A stretch of DNA of 23,484 nucleotides from Candidatus Diapherotrites archaeon CG10_big_fil_rev_8_21_14_0_10_31_34. Lineage in GTDB: Archaea > Iainarchaeota > Iainarchaeia > Iainarchaeales > 1-14-0-10-31-34. Positions within the stretch are counted from its first letter, which is position 1. Each line of letters starts with the position of its first letter. Both the position numbers and the translations under genes were made by a program. Below are positions 17,558 to 23,484 of the stretch, piece after piece. A model generated the notes under the pieces. That model saw only the letters and a list, made by a program, of their open reading frames with translations. It did not search any database and was not told the origin of the DNA. The stretch is from assembly GCA_002763225.1 (NCBI GenBank), contig PFAI01000051.1:1-23484 (forward strand), written 5' to 3'.

Positions 17558-18664
17558 ATGGAGAAAACAAGGAAAAACCGCTTTTTGAAAAACGATTCCG
17601 GCAGCCAAAAAAACAAAGAAAAAAAAACTTTTATAAAAAAGTTTATTAAAAAAAAAGGAAAGAAAAAACTTTTTTTTGAAAGCCAGGGAAACAAAAACTT
17701 TGATTTTAATAAAACAAGAGAATACGGGGAAAAAATTTTAACTGAAAATCTTGGATTAAACAAAAAAGAAAAAGTTCTTGTAATATGCGACGAAACAACT
17801 TTTTTGATTGGAAAAGCATTTCATTTTGCCGGAAAAAAACTTGCAAAAAAATCCAAACTGATTGAAATCAAATCACTTCCATTCAATGGAATGGAACCAA
17901 ATGAAATAATAGCAAAAGAAATGCTTAAATTTGAAGTAATTTTAATGCCGGTAAAAAGTTCTTTAAGCCATACAAAAACAAGAATGCATGCATCAAAACA
18001 GGGAGCAAGAATTGCTTCAATGCCAAGATTAAATTATGAAATGATTGAAAGAGATTTGAAAGCAGACTACAATAAAATAAAAGAATTAAGCCTGAAAGTA
18101 AAAGAACTTTTTTCTAAAGCAGATTTAGCTGAAATTAAAACAGAATTAGGAACAGATATTAAAGTTCCATTAAAAGGAATGAAAGCAGGAGGAAGCAAAG
18201 CAGGATTTTATTTAAAGCCAGGGCAATGGGGGAATATTCCTCAAGGAGAAATATATATTGTTCCAGAAGAAGGAAAAGCAGAAGGAAAATTTGTTGTTGA
18301 TGCATCAATGGGAACAATAGGAAAAATAATTAACCCGATTGAAATAACTGTAAAAAAAGGATTTGTTTCAAAAATAGAAGGAAAAGAAGAAGCAGAAAAA
18401 CTAAGAAAATTGATTAAACCTTTGGGCAAGAATGCAAGAAATATTGCAGAGTTTGCAATTGGAACAAATGATACAGCAAAAATAATTGGAGTGGTATTAG
18501 AAGATGAAAAAGTTTTGGGAACCGCTCATTTAGCAATAGGAAACAACACTTCAATGCAAGGCGGAACCACTTACTCTGAAATTCATTTGGATGGAGTTTT
18601 TACTAAACCAACAATCTGGCTAGACGGCAAACTCTTTATGGAAAAAGGAAAAATATTAATATAG
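17558..18664 (+). CDS. M29-family (thermophilic metalloprotease-like) aminopeptidase with Lys-rich N-terminal extension
   Basis: EP, S.SHT, ASMP, GNIPQGEIYIVP, G..VVDAS, NIAEFAIGTN, EDEKVLGTAHLAIGNN, SEIHLD. Confidence 0.9.
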   Translation: MEKTRKNRFLKNDSGSQKNKEKKTFIKKFIKKKGKKKLFFESQGNKNFDFNKTREYGEKILTENLGLNKKEKVLVICDETTFLIGKAFHFAGKKLAKKSKLIEIKSLPFNGMEPNEIIAKEMLKFEVILMPVKSSLSHTKTRMHASKQGARIASMPRLNYEMIERDLKADYNKIKELSLKVKELFSKADLAEIKTELGTDIKVPLKGMKAGGSKAGFYLKPGQWGNIPQGEIYIVPEEGKAEGKFVVDASMGTIGKIINPIEITVKKGFVSKIEGKEEAEKLRKLIKPLGKNARNIAEFAIGTNDTAKIIGVVLEDEKVLGTAHLAIGNNTSMQGGTTYSEIHLDGVFTKPTIWLDGKLFMEKGKILI

Positions 18665-18692
18665 TTGGTTGATTATTTTAAGAGTTGATTAA

Positions 18693-21543
<2,851 letters not shown>

Positions 21544-21606
21544 CTTGAATTTCATTTAACTAAATAAAATCAAAACACGCTTAACAAAAAAAAAGAATAA
21601 AAAAAA

Positions 21607-21894
21607 TTAATCTAAAACAGTTAAAGTTCCGAATTTTCCTGTGCTTAACTGTTTTTCTCCTTTGTATTCAGAAACATAACCGTTTTCAATCTTTATTTTT
21701 TTTCCTTCTTCTACCTGATCAATTTGTTCATTCCATAAACTGATTTTTATTTCGCCTGAATCATCTTTGCCTGCTGCATTGCAGACTCTGCCTGAAGCTC
21801 TAGGAGTATCAAAATTTCTGATTTCTCCTATACTAACAATTTCTAATTCAATGTCAATTTTTCCTTGACCTGATTTCAAATCTTTCACTTTCAT
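21607..21894 (-). CDS. ssb: Single OB-fold single-stranded DNA-binding protein (archaeal SSB/RPA-like)
   Basis: MKVKDLK, V......D.SG.I..SLW, I.IENGYV.EYKG...LS.GKFG. SD GAGGCGAT upstream. No acidic tail. Confidence 0.85.
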   Translation of the reverse strand: MKVKDLKSGQGKIDIELEIVSIGEIRNFDTPRASGRVCNAAGKDDSGEIKISLWNEQIDQVEEGKKIKIENGYVSEYKGEKQLSTGKFGTLTVLD

Positions 21895-22105
21895 TTCATC
21901 GCCTCACTAAAAAATAAATAGACTTACTTAATGTTTTACAATGAAAACTTATTTAAAGTTAAAGGAGAAACTTTTTGTTTAACCTTGTGTTTTAGCAACC
22001 TACCTTTTTTCTAAAAAGGCAGTTTTGATACAACTTGTTTTTGTTCAACCTTTTTTCAGTACGGGCTTGCCCCGTACATTTGATACAACTTTGAAAAGTT
22101 GTTTA

Positions 22106-22189
22106 CGCAGGGAACGAGATTCGAACTCGCGCGCCCTTTCGGGCACGAGCTTAGCAGGCTCGCGCATTAAACCACTCTGCCATCCCTGC
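22106..22189 (-). tRNA. tRNA-Ser(GCT)
   Basis: Reverse complement has acceptor stem GCAGGGA/TCCCTGC, discriminator G, anticodon arm CGAGC-CTGCTAA-GCTCG, long variable arm GCCC-GAAA-GGGC and T-loop TTCGAAT. CCA is not encoded. Confidence 0.96.
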
Positions 22190-22295
22190 AAACGTTTCGC
22201 CGTTTGAGCACAAAGCACGACATTCATTTCGTTCAGTCGAGCTGTAAAAACAAGTGCTATTACTATTTGTTTAAAGGAAATTTTATAAAAAGAGT

Positions 22296-22640
22296 TTATC
22301 TTCGTCTTTTTGGGGTTACTGGTTTTCTAGTCAGGTTTCTCCTGCCTTTAAGAGAAGTTGAACTCGGCAAAAGACCATCTTTTTTGGCTTTTAAATTAAA
22401 TAATTGTTTTGCAGTACTAATTGTTGCCTTTTCCCAATTCAAAATATTTCCTTTTTTTAAGTTCCCTTGCTTAATTAATCTATTTTTTTCTTTTTTTAAA
22501 TCATTTAAAAAAGAAATTCTAACCAAATCAATTCCTACATTTAATCCTGCTTCAGCATATTTCCAAGCAAGGTCTAATGCAATTCTTTTTTCTGGAGACA
22601 ACATTGTTTTTCGGTCTTTAACAATTTTATTTTTCAGCAT
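22296..22640 (-). CDS. Hypothetical basic (Lys/Arg-rich) protein
   Basis: 114-aa ATG-initiated ORF with the A-rich coding-strand bias of this genome, lying between two tRNA genes. No motif recognised. Confidence 0.6.
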   Translation of the reverse strand: MLKNKIVKDRKTMLSPEKRIALDLAWKYAEAGLNVGIDLVRISFLNDLKKEKNRLIKQGNLKKGNILNWEKATISTAKQLFNLKAKKDGLLPSSTSLKGRRNLTRKPVTPKRRR

Positions 22641-22786
22641 AAATTAACTTGTTTTTTGTTTCTTTTAATTATTTCCTTTTTTATCCTAAAATAATGGTCT
22701 TTAAAAAACTTTTATACCACAATTTTCTGTGCATCACAGTGCAAGTTTATTTCACACGTTTTGATGAACCTTTTGAAAAAGGTTCT

Positions 22787-22989
22787 GCAGGAGTAGCAAA
22801 GCGGTCAAATGCGCCAGACTCAAGAAAGCTTTTTGAAAAAAAGTTTAGATTTACAAAAACTTTTTAATAAGAAAGTTTTTCCCGAAATCAAATTATCAAA
22901 AAATTCGCTTTATGCGAAAGATTGATTTCAGGATTTTGGAGTTATCTGGTGGCTTAGTGCCTTCGGGGGTTCGAATCCTCCCTCCTGCA
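22787..22989 (+). tRNA. tRNA-Leu(CAA) with 119-nt intron at the canonical 37/38 position (exons 22787-22824 and 22944-22989)
   Basis: Acceptor GCAGGAG/CTCCTGC plus discriminator A, D-loop GG, anticodon arm CCAGA-CTCAAG^A-TCTGG, variable arm GGC-TTAGT-GCC, T-loop TTCGAAT. Confidence 0.93.
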
Positions 22990-23050
22990 TTAGCAAAAAG
23001 TTTAATGCACACCATCGTGGCTTAAAATTTAAGAAACGGTGGTGTAGTAT

Positions 23051-23410
23051 ATGAACCTCAGAGAACGAAAACAAATCGAATTAGACCCAGATTACCCAAA
23101 AAAACAAAAAGCTTTAGAAAACCTCTTAAACAAAATCAAAAAAATATCAGAACCAAACCGTTCTGTCCTCTTAAACTTTCACGAAGGCTATTCAATAAAG
23201 AACGGCAACCGAATAGGCACTCAAATAAAGAACCTCTATGTTTTAAGACGCATAACAGAAGACTTCAAAGTAAGCCTGTCAAAATTGACTGCCAAAGACT
23301 TAGAATGCATTAAAATTAACTGGGCTAAACAAAAAAGCCCTCACGCAATAAGCAGGGACTTAAGAGTATTAAAAGCCTTAATCAAACACAGGCGGTGTAG
23401 AAATCCTTAG
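23051..23410 (+). pseudogene. Probable truncated tyrosine recombinase/integrase (N-terminal core-binding region only)
   Basis: Starts about 60 nt downstream of tRNA-Leu with GGTGGTG SD. Pattern ISE.NR..L..F....,G....T..K.LY.L, L..LT.KDL, S...I..D...LK..IK resembles archaeal integrase N-termini. Stops at 119 aa with no R-H-x-x-R-H-Y catalytic domain. Confidence 0.55.
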
Positions 23411-23484
23411 CAGGTTATAATTAACCTGATTTTTATTGTTTTATCTATGTGCTCTATGTTGTAGGCTATTCCTTTTATGGTGAC

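Noticed and set aside
22025..22867. ORFs 22025-22207, 22045-22227, 22204-22647 and 22649-22867
   Set aside because: They overlap the tRNA genes or are antisense to the 22296-22640 ORF.
22825..22943. Box C/D guide RNA or homing endonuclease inside the tRNA-Leu intron
   Set aside because: No RUGAUGA or CUGA boxes are visible, and the intron is too short for such an ORF.

Overview
AT-rich, gene-dense archaeal window. The archaeal call rests on an HMf-type histone, a Hef helicase-nuclease, an archaeal TyrRS, a RibL-like FAD synthase, tRNAs without encoded CCA and an intron-containing tRNA. A DPANN-like lineage is my inference only. Housekeeping genes: partial Hef (missed by the ORF track), histone, cmk, a nadE-nadC-nadD cluster, a Kef-type antiporter, cysS, a degenerate Hsp20, a YIP1-like protein, tyrS, ribL, guaB, a single-OB SSB, tRNA-Ser(GCT), tRNA-Leu(CAA) with a 119-nt structured intron, and a probable truncated integrase. 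The most unusual part is a ~7 kb divergent locus (12965-20021). Its minus-strand operon encodes an MscS-like channel whose C-terminal domain is replaced by an intact C39/papain-like cysteine peptidase, three tandem RimK-family ATP-grasp proteins (one apparently inactive) and a frameshifted zinc-ribbon protein. Facing it are an M29 aminopeptidase and a GCS2-family carboxylate-amine ligase. This looks like a peptide or glutamyl-conjugate synthesis, processing and export system; the function is inferred, not shown.
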